Source of the DNA: Fidelibacterota bacterium
GTDB taxonomy: Bacteria; Fidelibacterota; Marinisomatia; Marinisomatales; TCS56
NCBI GenBank assembly: GCA_043822705.1
Contig: JBDRBK010000037.1
Coordinates: 1 to 24,865, forward strand
DNA: 24,865 nucleotides
Direction: 5' to 3'
Positions 1 to 9,400 of the stretch are shown here, piece after piece (position 1 is the first letter of the stretch; each line of letters opens with the position of its first letter). The notes under the pieces were generated by a model. It saw nothing but the letters and a program-made list of their open reading frames with translations. It was not told where the DNA came from and searched no databases. The translations under genes were made by a program, and so were the position numbers.

Positions 1-70
1 TTTGTGTTGTATGTATTTACTAAAAATGAGCTCTGATTGTACGCTTTTTGTACGTATATCGGAGGTTCCC

Positions 71-471
71 GTGTACGTACTCGCGCTATTTAGTATGCGG
101 ATATTTTATAAGATTTCAATTATGCAAAAGACGAAATAGCCATCCGCAATGCGCATCTCAAATTGAAATTTCTGAAGCTGAAGCGTGAGGAAGCGACGGC
201 GACCAGGGCGATGGAAAAACTGTCGGACCTGGAATTCATGTCGTTCTTTACAGTCCGCCTATATGTGTATGAAAAAAATCCCTTAAATCAATATTTGGAG
301 GCCAGAGTGAAACTGGAAGAAGCCAAGAAAACACTGAACAAAGCTATTGTTCAGATCAAGGAATCGCGGAATCATCAGTTGGTTCAGAAGCTGCAGCAGA
401 TCGTGGATGATATGGAAAGTGGTAAACTTAAATATTTTTCACGGCAAAATGGTTTTATAGAGCCGTCATAA
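71..471 (+). pseudogene. Helical hypothetical protein, probably 5'-disrupted (open part 112/163..471)
   Basis: GGAGG at 61-65 precedes GTG at 71 in a different frame. The frame of ORF 163..471 is open from 112, directly after TAA 109-111. One frameshift plus one nonsense change would join the two parts. Confidence 0.35.
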
Positions 472-604
472 GCTGATAAACCGGATATTCTTTACTCCGG
501 GATAAGAAGATTGTTAAATTTATATGGAATTATGGTTTTATGTTTTCCAGTAGTCATTACCAATAATGAGAAAAAGTTTTCTTTCATAGAATTGACGAGG
601 TATC

Positions 605-2008
605 ATGAGCAATTTAAGCAGCAATATTAAAAAGGCTGATTTGGCATATAAAGGATTTCCTTCTTTCTCAAAAGTACACAGGGCTAGTATTGATTTAAAT
701 AAATGGCAAAATAATATTGACCGCTTAACTAGCGTACAAGATTCATCTCCTGAGATTATAGAAAATGCAAGAAAAATTGTTAGAAGATATGCGGCTATCG
801 AAACTGGAGCAATTGAAAAATTGTATGAAGTTGACCGGGGTTTTACATGGTCTGTAGCAGCTGAATTGGCTGAGTTTCAAAAATTATTATCTCAAAAAAA
901 ACCAGAAACTTGTGGTTTAATTGATGCACAACTTGATGCATATGATTTCATATTAGATTTAGCAACAGGAAAAAGAGAATTAACAGAAGCCTGGATAAGG
1001 GAATTACATGAAGTGTTATGTAGAAATCAAAAAATGTATCCAGTATATACTCCACAGGGTGTGCAAAATAGACCCTTACCTTTAGGCCAATATAAAAAAT
1101 ACCCGAATCATGTACAACTTGCAGATGGCTCAATACATTCCTATGCCCCTGTTGAGGCAGTTAATCCTGAAATGCATAGATTGCTGAATGAGCTAAAAAG
1201 TAAAATATTTCAGGACTCTCACCCAGTATTGCAGGCAGCATACTCACATTATGCTATTGTCTGTATACATCCTTTTTCTGATGGTAATGGTCGTGTAGCT
1301 CGAGCTCTTGCCTCAGTCTTTTTATACAGAGTTCTCAACATTCCTTTTCTTGTTTTGGCGGAAGATCGTCTTGAGTATTTTGATGCGCTCGAATTAGCAG
1401 ACAATGGAAATTTTCAAGGTCTAGTAGATTTTTCCCTCGATCGGTGTTATAGCTCAATAGACCTAATCGTGCTAAGTATTATTATGGGACAAGTACCGGA
1501 TACTAAAAACAGTTTTAAGGAATTAAATTCATTTTATATTACAAAAGGTGGTTTTAGGCAGGAGGATGTTGATAAAGCTGGCAAGAGATTACTGAAGGAA
1601 TTTTATGATATTTTAAAAATTGAATTTGAAAAAGTCAATACAAATCCACACTTTGAAAGTGCTATATTAAATATTTCTGAAGTAGGATATCGGAAAATAT
1701 CTGATAATCATAGATCATATATTAATGGTAGTGGTGCTGTTATCTCTATTAATCTCCGCACAAGGAGACCAGCAGAAGCTAATGCCGGAACAAATATTAG
1801 CCTACATATTCCAAAGAACTGTGGAATAACAGATGATTTTATTATGTATGATGATAAATATAATAAACAGATTACATCTCGTTATAACGAAATTATACCC
1901 ACTCTAAAACCAAGTCTTAGAATCAAACTAGAAATTTTTTCAAAAGGAATTATTGATATAATTATAAGTGATTTAGTATCAAAAGCTAAAAAGGCTTATA
2001 CAGGATAG
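605..2008 (+). CDS. Fic-domain protein (putative adenylyltransferase) with a C-terminal extension
   Basis: Canonical Fic motif HPFSDGNGRVAR; IRELHEVL helix; GAGG RBS before the ATG. Confidence 0.92.
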   Translation: MSNLSSNIKKADLAYKGFPSFSKVHRASIDLNKWQNNIDRLTSVQDSSPEIIENARKIVRRYAAIETGAIEKLYEVDRGFTWSVAAELAEFQKLLSQKKPETCGLIDAQLDAYDFILDLATGKRELTEAWIRELHEVLCRNQKMYPVYTPQGVQNRPLPLGQYKKYPNHVQLADGSIHSYAPVEAVNPEMHRLLNELKSKIFQDSHPVLQAAYSHYAIVCIHPFSDGNGRVARALASVFLYRVLNIPFLVLAEDRLEYFDALELADNGNFQGLVDFSLDRCYSSIDLIVLSIIMGQVPDTKNSFKELNSFYITKGGFRQEDVDKAGKRLLKEFYDILKIEFEKVNTNPHFESAILNISEVGYRKISDNHRSYINGSGAVISINLRTRRPAEANAGTNISLHIPKNCGITDDFIMYDDKYNKQITSRYNEIIPTLKPSLRIKLEIFSKGIIDIIISDLVSKAKKAYTG

Positions 2009-2112
2009 TTACACTTTAAATGAGTAATATTTATTTGTTCAGTTTTGGCCAGTGCGTATGGCGGTTTGCAATTGCATATTCACCAATTCCCATTTCAAAA
2101 AAATAGGTAATA

Positions 2113-2841
2113 ATGGCTATCACGCACGGGCATGGAAATCCGAATTGGACTAAAGACGAGACCATTCTCGCACTTGACCTCTATTTTGATTTTCAAGGTC
2201 ATATTCCATCAAGTAATGATAACCGAATTATAGCTCTTTCAGAACTTTTAAGAACATTTCCTTATCACAGTCTTGCTATAAGAAGAGAATCGTTTCGAAA
2301 TGCTGATGGTGTTGTTTTCAAACTACAAAACTTACGACAAGTAGCCACGGGTAAGGGACTTGGGAATGTCTCAAAAATGGATCGAGCGGTGTGGAGGGAG
2401 TATGGAAATAACCCTGTGCGAGTTAAGGAGATAGCCAACTTAATCCGGACAGGAATAAAAATCATAGAAGGACGCGAAGAGGAAACGGGTCAGCAAGAAA
2501 CATTCATCGAGGGAAAGATAGTAACTGAAATCCATTTGACACGAGAGCGAAACCCGAGAATTCGAAAACGACTACTAAACCGGCGTTGGGAATCTGGTGT
2601 GCTGAAATGTGATATGTGTGGTTGTTCTTCGTTGTCTCCAGTAGCTGAATTAGGCGATGCGATGTTTGAAGCACATCACGTATTGCCTTTATCTGCAGCA
2701 GCCGATAGAAAAACGAGATTGAAGGATATGGCACTACTCTGTGCGAATTGCCATAGAATGGTTCATCGGGCTATCACCTGCGAAAAGAGGTGGCTTACTC
2801 TAGAAGAAGCTAAAGTAATAATCGCTGGTGATAATAATTGA
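2113..2841 (+). CDS. HNH endonuclease, McrA-like putative modification-dependent restriction nuclease
   Basis: C-terminal CDMC...EAHHVLPL...LCANCHRMVH zinc-HNH signature; EG...H..RERNP linker; N-terminal NPNWTKDETILALDLY typical of McrA-like HNH proteins. Confidence 0.85.
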   Translation: MAITHGHGNPNWTKDETILALDLYFDFQGHIPSSNDNRIIALSELLRTFPYHSLAIRRESFRNADGVVFKLQNLRQVATGKGLGNVSKMDRAVWREYGNNPVRVKEIANLIRTGIKIIEGREEETGQQETFIEGKIVTEIHLTRERNPRIRKRLLNRRWESGVLKCDMCGCSSLSPVAELGDAMFEAHHVLPLSAAADRKTRLKDMALLCANCHRMVHRAITCEKRWLTLEEAKVIIAGDNN

Positions 2842-2868
2842 CCCGATCATAGATAGGAGTAATTAGTA

Positions 2869-3360
2869 ATGATGGATAGTAATATTCTCATATTTTTTAA
2901 AGACAACTGGGAACTGACGCTCGGCTTTGCCGCAGCTATCGGCACAGTGATTGGCTATTTTTTGACACGAAGGAATGAACTGACTTGGAAACGTACAGAG
3001 TTTATTTGTACACAAGCACATTACCTTAATAATGATCCGGTTCTTGTCGAAACTGTACAGATATTAGAGGAGCGCCATCCAACTCTGAAGGTAAATGATA
3101 TATTTGATTCTAAAAGTACACTTGATGAAGAAAAGCGTAATGACTGCAAACAGAGATTTGATAAACTTTTAAACTTCCTATGGCAACTTTGTTATGCCTA
3201 CCTTGAAGTAAAGACACTTTCCAGGAAGGAAGTCGAAGGCTTTGGATGGTATTTTCACCGCATATCACGGTTTCCTGCGTTGGTTGATTACTGTGAAAAT
3301 AATGGATTCGAGGATATAAACGTCGTAACAAGAAAACTGAGACTAGGGATAGAAGAATAG
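2869..3360 (+). CDS. Hypothetical protein with a single N-terminal transmembrane helix
   Basis: AGGAG RBS at 2855-2859; hydrophobic LTLGFAAAIGTVIGYFL followed by basic RR; starts 27 bp after the HNH gene. Confidence 0.75.
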   Translation: MMDSNILIFFKDNWELTLGFAAAIGTVIGYFLTRRNELTWKRTEFICTQAHYLNNDPVLVETVQILEERHPTLKVNDIFDSKSTLDEEKRNDCKQRFDKLLNFLWQLCYAYLEVKTLSRKEVEGFGWYFHRISRFPALVDYCENNGFEDINVVTRKLRLGIEE

Positions 3361-3579
3361 CAGCACTAAATAATTCATATAACAGCTTATGCATCTATGA
3401 GTGCATCACATAACCCTGCCGTAGCGAAATATTCTGACTTTTTAGCATAGATATTTTTTGTTGATTATTCCAATTAGATCTTACATCTGTACCAGCGCTT
3501 TAAAGTACATATACAAGTCATGGAATGCCCCTATAATGCCTATTGAATATGATTTGAACGATTTGGGCGCGCGAAAAAT

Positions 3580-3690
3580 TTCATCCCAATAGCGCGAGAA
3601 CTTATCCCGGTATTTCCCACCTTTGCCCGCGATTTCCCGCATTTGTCCCGGTTATCGCGAGATTTTGCCCCGAAATTTTGACCATTTATG
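3580..3690. repeat. Degenerate ~10-bp phased direct repeats (T-rich then CCC then purine)
   Basis: Units cttatcccgg, tatttcccac, ctttgcccgc, gatttcccgc, atttgtcccg, gttatcgcga, gattttgccc; CCC runs start at 3585, 3606, 3616, 3626, 3636, 3647, 3668. Confidence 0.6.
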
Positions 3691-3798
3691 GTGATTACCC
3701 ACATATGGCATAGCACTTTTACACACAACCGCTTCCGGGTGATCGGAGGACACGACAAATTTCGCTAGTCGGAAATTCCTGCTTAAATGTATATCTTT

Positions 3799-4521
3799 CT
3801 ATTTTGACTTGCGATAATATTTCTGATGAAGTTTTGCTGTCAGGTTATCTAATCCCGGGAATAGTTTAAATTCGTTTACTCCGATAGAATCTAGTTGAGA
3901 CTTAATCACGGCTTTATATCGTCCCGGAATTTTGATTTTCCATAGGTCCACTACTGCATCAAGTTTTTTATCTATTGGCATAATTTGATTGTTTACAACT
4001 GGAGATATGCTAAAACAAGCTTCCTGAGCTACTATTCTGGGATTAAACCAACCAGAGACATATGAACTAAGTAAGTTGAGATTATCGATGTCCTCGAATA
4101 TTACTGAATGGTCTACTTTATTTTCGGATCTTATCAATATTCCCCACACAGCACCATCTTGTTTACTATCCGATTCATTAACTGCAAAATACAACGCTGT
4201 AATTGGATTTTGCGTCCAGTCCAATAATCTGGTTCTCAGTCCAAAATGTTGAGCTATCGCAAACCACTCTATTTCCGATCTCGGTTCCGTATCAAGATAT
4301 GGTTTTGCAAATTTTTTAAAATCACTGATTAATAAAAATTCTAAATCTTTTAATTTAAATTGAGATGAATAACCAGGTCGTGCTATCTTTGGAATTAGCG
4401 GTTTATTTCCATCTTCTTGTCCTCTGAAAAATTCGAATTTAGGTTTTTGCTCTAATAGGTTAAGAAAAACAGTTAAGGAAGTGGCACTGCTTTCTTGACT
4501 TACAGGTACTTTATTAGCCAT
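3799..4521 (-). CDS. FRG-domain protein
   Basis: FFRGQ...LIPKIAR and AQHFGLRTRLLDWTQNPITALYFA motifs; RIVAQEACF; C-terminal LFPGLD. Start moved to ATG 4521 because AGGAGG lies at 4531-4536 (minus strand). Confidence 0.9.
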   Translation of the reverse strand: MANKVPVSQESSATSLTVFLNLLEQKPKFEFFRGQEDGNKPLIPKIARPGYSSQFKLKDLEFLLISDFKKFAKPYLDTEPRSEIEWFAIAQHFGLRTRLLDWTQNPITALYFAVNESDSKQDGAVWGILIRSENKVDHSVIFEDIDNLNLLSSYVSGWFNPRIVAQEACFSISPVVNNQIMPIDKKLDAVVDLWKIKIPGRYKAVIKSQLDSIGVNEFKLFPGLDNLTAKLHQKYYRKSK

Positions 4522-4856
4522 TTTAAAATCCCTCCTAATTCCTATGATAAACCTGAGTTTTTTAATCATCAGAATTTACATACAAGCATACCTGATCAGA
4601 TACGCAATACTCCTCAAAACATACCTCGATTATCTCACAATCGCATTTGGATATTCGCATCAGTAATCCGTTGTTCGGATTATTAATGTAAAAGCCGTAT
4701 CCATCCAATATTTGAAACGCACACACCCTCAATTTTCAAAGGTGTTTGAGCAACCTGTGTTGTAAGTTCTGTATCAGATTTCTGTCGCCAAATCATGGTG
4801 CAATGGTTTTATTATCGGTTGAGAGAGACGTCCGAACCAATTAATTCGAAAATCAC

Positions 4857-4885
4857 TGGCTTTTTGTACCCGCTACCTATATAAT
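4857..4885 (+). promoter_or_regulatory. Sigma-70-type promoter with no downstream CDS
   Basis: TGGCTT (4857-4862), 17-bp spacer, perfect TATAAT (4880-4885). Confidence 0.45.
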
Positions 4886-4891
4886 AGTCTT

Positions 4892-4990
4892 ACCCACGAC
4901 CGGCGATTCAACTGTGTACAACGGTTGTTTATTTCCCCTATGACCGTTGCTGTAGTCTCCCGTATGAGATCTGAATCGCCGGTTTATTTT
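4892..4990 (+). ncRNA. Candidate structured small RNA (three-way junction), family not recognised
   Basis: Perfect 12-bp closing stem 4899-4910/4972-4983; inner stems 4911-4927/4941-4956 and 4956-4959/4966-4969; G-U pairs favour the + strand; upstream promoter; U-rich tail. Confidence 0.4.
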
Positions 4991-5027
4991 ATCCGGTCGA
5001 TTCGCGCGTGGCGCTTAATTCAAATGC

Positions 5028-5849
5028 TTACTGGTTCGGGGTGTAGTGAATTATATTGACGCGGTTGGGATCGGTTTCGAAAATCAGTTCCACCGGATAG
5101 GGATGAGAGCCCATGTTCCGCACGGAATTGCCATTGATGGCCACCGATACGCCGACGGCATGGTCGGTGAGCAGATCGACCCGGCCGGAAAATTCCAGCA
5201 GCAGGTCCCGGTCGTGCGCCAGCACGCCGGCCAGCGTGTCTTTTTGATCGACAATCAGCCGATACCAGACATTTTTCTGGGCTGCCAGCCGCATCGTGAA
5301 GGGCGCTTTGGCTTCGAATGTTTCATTCCAGACCGCCAACTGGGTATAATTGAAAATCAGGTCTTCACGGGTGACCGGGTTTACGGAATCGTCCACGCGT
5401 AGGGTGGCCTGGCCGCCCACCGCCTCGCTGTCGCCGGAACTGATCTGTTTAATGATGATGATGGCGAACAGCACCACCACAATCAGGATCGCCCCCTTGA
5501 TATAATCGCCAGCCAGTTTTTTCGGCGGTTTGGCGGCGTACGGCAGGCTGGTTTCACTGCCGCCGAATTCCGGCTGCTCGGGTGCCACCGGGGCCGGGGC
5601 ATATTCGATGCCTTCGATCTGGCTCAGATGATGATCGAGTTGATTCAGGGCATCCTTGGTGTCGCCGCCGATTTCCGTCACATAAGCCCTCAGGAACAGG
5701 CGCATATAGGTCCGTGGCAGAACATCGAACTGACCTTCCTCGATCGCGTGCAGATAGGACATATCGATTTTGGTACGATTATGAATCTCGGCCAGGTCGA
5801 TGTTGTTTTCTTCGCGTAATTTTTTCAGTTCCTGATAAAACGGTTCCAT
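5028..5849 (-). CDS. rodZ: RodZ-like cytoskeletal protein (HTH, transmembrane helix, C-terminal DUF4115-like domain)
   Basis: LKKLREENNIDLAEIHNRTKIDMSYLHAIEEGQFDVLPRTYMRLFLRAY is a RodZ-type HTH; central TM helix; beta-rich C-terminus. Confidence 0.8.
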   Translation of the reverse strand: MEPFYQELKKLREENNIDLAEIHNRTKIDMSYLHAIEEGQFDVLPRTYMRLFLRAYVTEIGGDTKDALNQLDHHLSQIEGIEYAPAPVAPEQPEFGGSETSLPYAAKPPKKLAGDYIKGAILIVVVLFAIIIIKQISSGDSEAVGGQATLRVDDSVNPVTREDLIFNYTQLAVWNETFEAKAPFTMRLAAQKNVWYRLIVDQKDTLAGVLAHDRDLLLEFSGRVDLLTDHAVGVSVAINGNSVRNMGSHPYPVELIFETDPNRVNIIHYTPNQ

Positions 5850-5911
5850 TTGTAACCTTTATATTTGGGATAAAAATTAACCGCCGCAGCAGGTGGCAAT
5901 CAATACAATTG

Positions 5912-6496
5912 TCAGCCGGATATGTCGCCCGTCAGGGCACGGAACCGCTCGTAAAAGGTAGCCAGCGGGAAGCCCACAACATTGTAGAAACAGCCGTCGA
6001 TTTTTTCGATGCAGGTTGCGAACCAGTCCTGGATGCCGTAACTGCCGGCCTTGTCCAGCGGCTGGTAGCGCCGGATATAATATTCGATGTCGGCCGCGGC
6101 GATCTTCCGGAAGGTGACGTCGGTCGCCACGTGGAATGTATCTTCGATACTGCGTTCCCGCCATTGTAATGAAACACCGGTAATCACGGTGTGGGTCCGG
6201 CCGGACAGCGCTCTGAGCATCCGGAAGCTGTCCGCCGCGTCCCGTGGTTTACCCAGAATATGACCGTCCAGCACGACAATCGTGTCGGCGCCGATGATCA
6301 TGCTTTCCGGGTGGCTGGCCGCTACTTCGGCGGCCTTGAGGCGGGCATAGTGGCGGGCGAATTCCACTGGTGCCAAGTCCACAGTGAAATCCTCGTGCAC
6401 TGAGGAAGGTATGATTTCGAACTGCAGGTCGATCTGTTCCAGCAGCGCTTTCCGCCGCGGCGAATTGGAGGCCAGGATCAGGTTGGGTGCGGTCAT
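5912..6496 (-). CDS. maf: Maf-family nucleotide pyrophosphatase
   Basis: LILASNSPRRKALL, IGADTIV, LGKP, LSGRTHTVITG, DKAGSYGIQ, NVVGFP motifs. Confidence 0.95.
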   Translation of the reverse strand: MTAPNLILASNSPRRKALLEQIDLQFEIIPSSVHEDFTVDLAPVEFARHYARLKAAEVAASHPESMIIGADTIVVLDGHILGKPRDAADSFRMLRALSGRTHTVITGVSLQWRERSIEDTFHVATDVTFRKIAAADIEYYIRRYQPLDKAGSYGIQDWFATCIEKIDGCFYNVVGFPLATFYERFRALTGDISG

Positions 6497-9400
6497 TGGT
6501 ATTTGGCGAGTTTTCCGATAGTGGTTATTTTGCCGTCGCTGTTGCGGGCTTCCATGCTGTACAGATAGACGCCGTTGGCAATCGTGTTGCCGTATTCGTC
6601 GCGGCCATCCCAGGCGATGAAATGATAGCCCTCGGCAAAGGATTCGGCCGGCAGTGTTCTGATCTTGCGGCCGGCCAGCGTATAGACCAATATTTTCACG
6701 TCCGCGGCGGTGCTTAATTCGAAGGTAAACCGGGTCGACGCCGAAAACGGATTGGGATAATTGAGCACGTGGTAGAGGCGCAGGCCCTGTTTTTCCGACA
6801 CCGATAATTGGATCACGGCCTCTGCGGGATTATTGGCGTTATCCCAGGCCGAGATGTGCAGATCAATATTCTCACCGGTCAGATAGCGCGAATAATCGAT
6901 CGTGCCGGTCGTGATTTTATTCGGGTCGTACAGAAAATCGTTGGTCAGGTCGTGCGTCAGCTCGACCCTGCGATCGACCACCTGGATGCCGTGACCGACC
7001 TCGTTGGAAATGTTGATACCCAGCGGATCGGTCAACCGGATCAGCAGGCCCTGATCCAGCCGCAGATGGTCGCCGCTGCGCAGTTGCCGGCGATCAGTGG
7101 TCTCGAATGTTATCATCGGACCTTCCTGATCGGCGCTGGCCATTCCACCGGCGAAGTGAATATCATCCAGGTAACCCAGTGCTTCCTGCGGGAATTCATC
7201 GTCGGACTGGAAGTAGATCGTCAGTTTCCCCGCCTGATCGGAGTAGGATATATCCTTGGGAATCCGGATCAGTCCCTGGAAAACCGTATCGGTCACGTCG
7301 AACTGTCCCCGGAACAGGGTCGCCCCCGGCAGTGTGTAGCTGAGCTGTTCCGGCTGGGACTGGATGACGTAATCGCGGGTGACGCTGCGGTCGGCATCGG
7401 TGACGGTGATATAACCGACACCACCGGTCCGTGACAGGTCCTGGCGGCCGCTGAAGCTGGCCGTTTCCAGCGTCCGGATCGTGTCCGGAGTGATCCCGGT
7501 GACACTGACCGTCTCGGCCGGAATCGGCAGCGGCATGGCGGGATCGCCGAATAGGTGAAAATACTGGCCTTCGATCGAACCGGTCTTGACGCTCTGCAGC
7601 ACGACGCCAATCGGTTCGCGGGTCACATCGCGCCCGGGAAACAGGCGCTGGAAAATCTTTTCGATATAATATTTATTACTGGATACGCTGATGGCCCGGG
7701 AGGTAGTGATAATAGCGGCGGCGTTTCCCGCCGAGCGGATCAGGTCCTCGGAAAATGCCTCGGCGGCAATGTCGTCAAAATGACCCCAGGAACAAGTGGC
7801 GGCGATCCAGATCGGCAGCTGGCCGTTGGTGTTGAGGGCAGTGATGTCGCCGCGGTTCTGGTCGAACAGGCGCTCCTGAGCCCAGAGATGGGGACTGCCG
7901 TGGCCGATGTAACTGATGAAGGCCGTGCCGCGATTAACGTAATCGATCAGGGCCTGGGTGGCGGCCGGTTTGATCACGCCGTAGGATGAGGCATCGCTGA
8001 CCTCGGGGAATTCCATCATGTACAATTTCTGAACGGTTACCGCCGGCGCGATCAGTGGTACCAGACCCTCCGAATATTCGGTGTGTGATTTCCCCGTGGC
8101 GATACTGCCATGATTCGGTTCGGGCCGGGCGGCGTCATCGGCCACCAGTGTAAGGCGCTGGCGCCACAGACCCGGCTCCGGATCGGTCTCGTAGGCGATC
8201 AGTTTATCGACGAAAATTTCCGCATCCTGCACGGAACGCGCCGGCAACCGACCGATGGCGACTTCCGGCAGACTCTGACTATTATCACCATAAATTGTGA
8301 CCAGTTGATCGTCGGTGGCGTAATGGCCTTCGTAGCCTCCGGCGAGGATAATTGTCGGCACAATGATTTTCGAACGACCGCTGATATTACGGTAGTCGTG
8401 ATCGGCGTCGCCCACCAGGAACAGGCAGGTCGGCTTACTGCCGGACCAGTTCTCCAGCGCCCACTGGATAAACAGCCGGATCGCCAGCGGGTCGGGATTA
8501 CCGGCGGTGAATTCGCGGTACACCTGCTCCAGCGGCACGAACAGCGAATTGCCGCGATGAGTGGCCAGCGGCTGCATAGCGTCGGCGTAAGCCAGTGGCG
8601 CGATGATAATATGATTTACACCCGGTCCCGAATGCCGTAACCGATCGAACTCGGCGTCAGCCACCAGTTCCACGTCAGAAACGGCGGGCAGATTTTCGCT
8701 GCTGAAAACAACGAAACGGCCGGTAGTGTCGCCAAAATCCGGGATCAGCGTACTGAATCCAGTCGATGATTGTACCGTGATCAGTTCCCGGGGGGCCGCC
8801 GGATCGCAGATATCCCAGACCAGCGGCTGCGTTGTCGACGTGAAATCAGCCCGGATACCGCTCGCGGCCGGTTCGAGGAAAAATTCATAGCTACTGCCGT
8901 TAAAAGTCAGCTGCCGCTCGGTCCGGACCGTCAGGTAATCCAGGTACGGCCGGGAAGCCGATGAACCGGATTGATTCGACAGGACGATATTGCCGCCGCC
9001 GGCCCAGTCAATTGCGGAGGTTGTAAAATTCGTGCCGTATTGGCTGGACCCGGACCAGAGTAAGGTTCTCAGCAGTGGATTCTGCAGGTTCTGGTGATAG
9101 ATTTTGATCTGGTGCGACGTTTCGCCCGATCCCTTCATATTTATCCAGACGCGTGAGGTGGAACCGGATACCGGAGCAGTAATCGCAAACGGGACGGAAT
9201 AATTCGTTCCCTGCGATATCTGCGGTCCGACCCACAGCGGTCCGGCGTTGTCGGGATTGGTGATGTCGTATTCGTAGTGCTGGTAGATCTGCGCCGTACT
9301 GGCGACGATCGGTGTGGCCGGATTGGATGTTATGGCGGCGACCCGCCGGCCGCGGGTGCTGCCGTCTTCGGGGATCAGCAGCCAGTAAGTGTTTTCGCGG

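Larger units (their letters stand above)
1..4860. mobile_element. AT-rich accessory/defence-like island (left boundary may lie outside the window; no integrase or transposase seen)
   Basis: Visibly AT-rich compared with the core genes from ~5028 onward; cargo (Fic, HNH, FRG) is typical of horizontally acquired islands. Confidence 0.5.

Noticed and set aside
472..3540. Integron cassette array explaining the island genes
   Set aside because: TAAC motifs occur after 3360, but I found no paired RYYYAAC...GTTRRRY attC structure between the genes and no intI
3580..3690. CRISPR array
   Set aside because: Units are ~10 bp, degenerate and without spacers; no cas genes
3540..3758. 72-aa minus-strand ORF over the phased repeats
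   Set aside because: No SD or recognisable motif; the 10-bp period is not a codon multiple, so the repeat appears DNA-level
4892..4990. 6S RNA, SRP RNA, retron ncRNA or rodZ terminator
   Set aside because: Too short for 6S; no SRP GGAA-loop motif; no reverse transcriptase nearby; the U-tail and G-U pairs are on the wrong strand for a rodZ terminator
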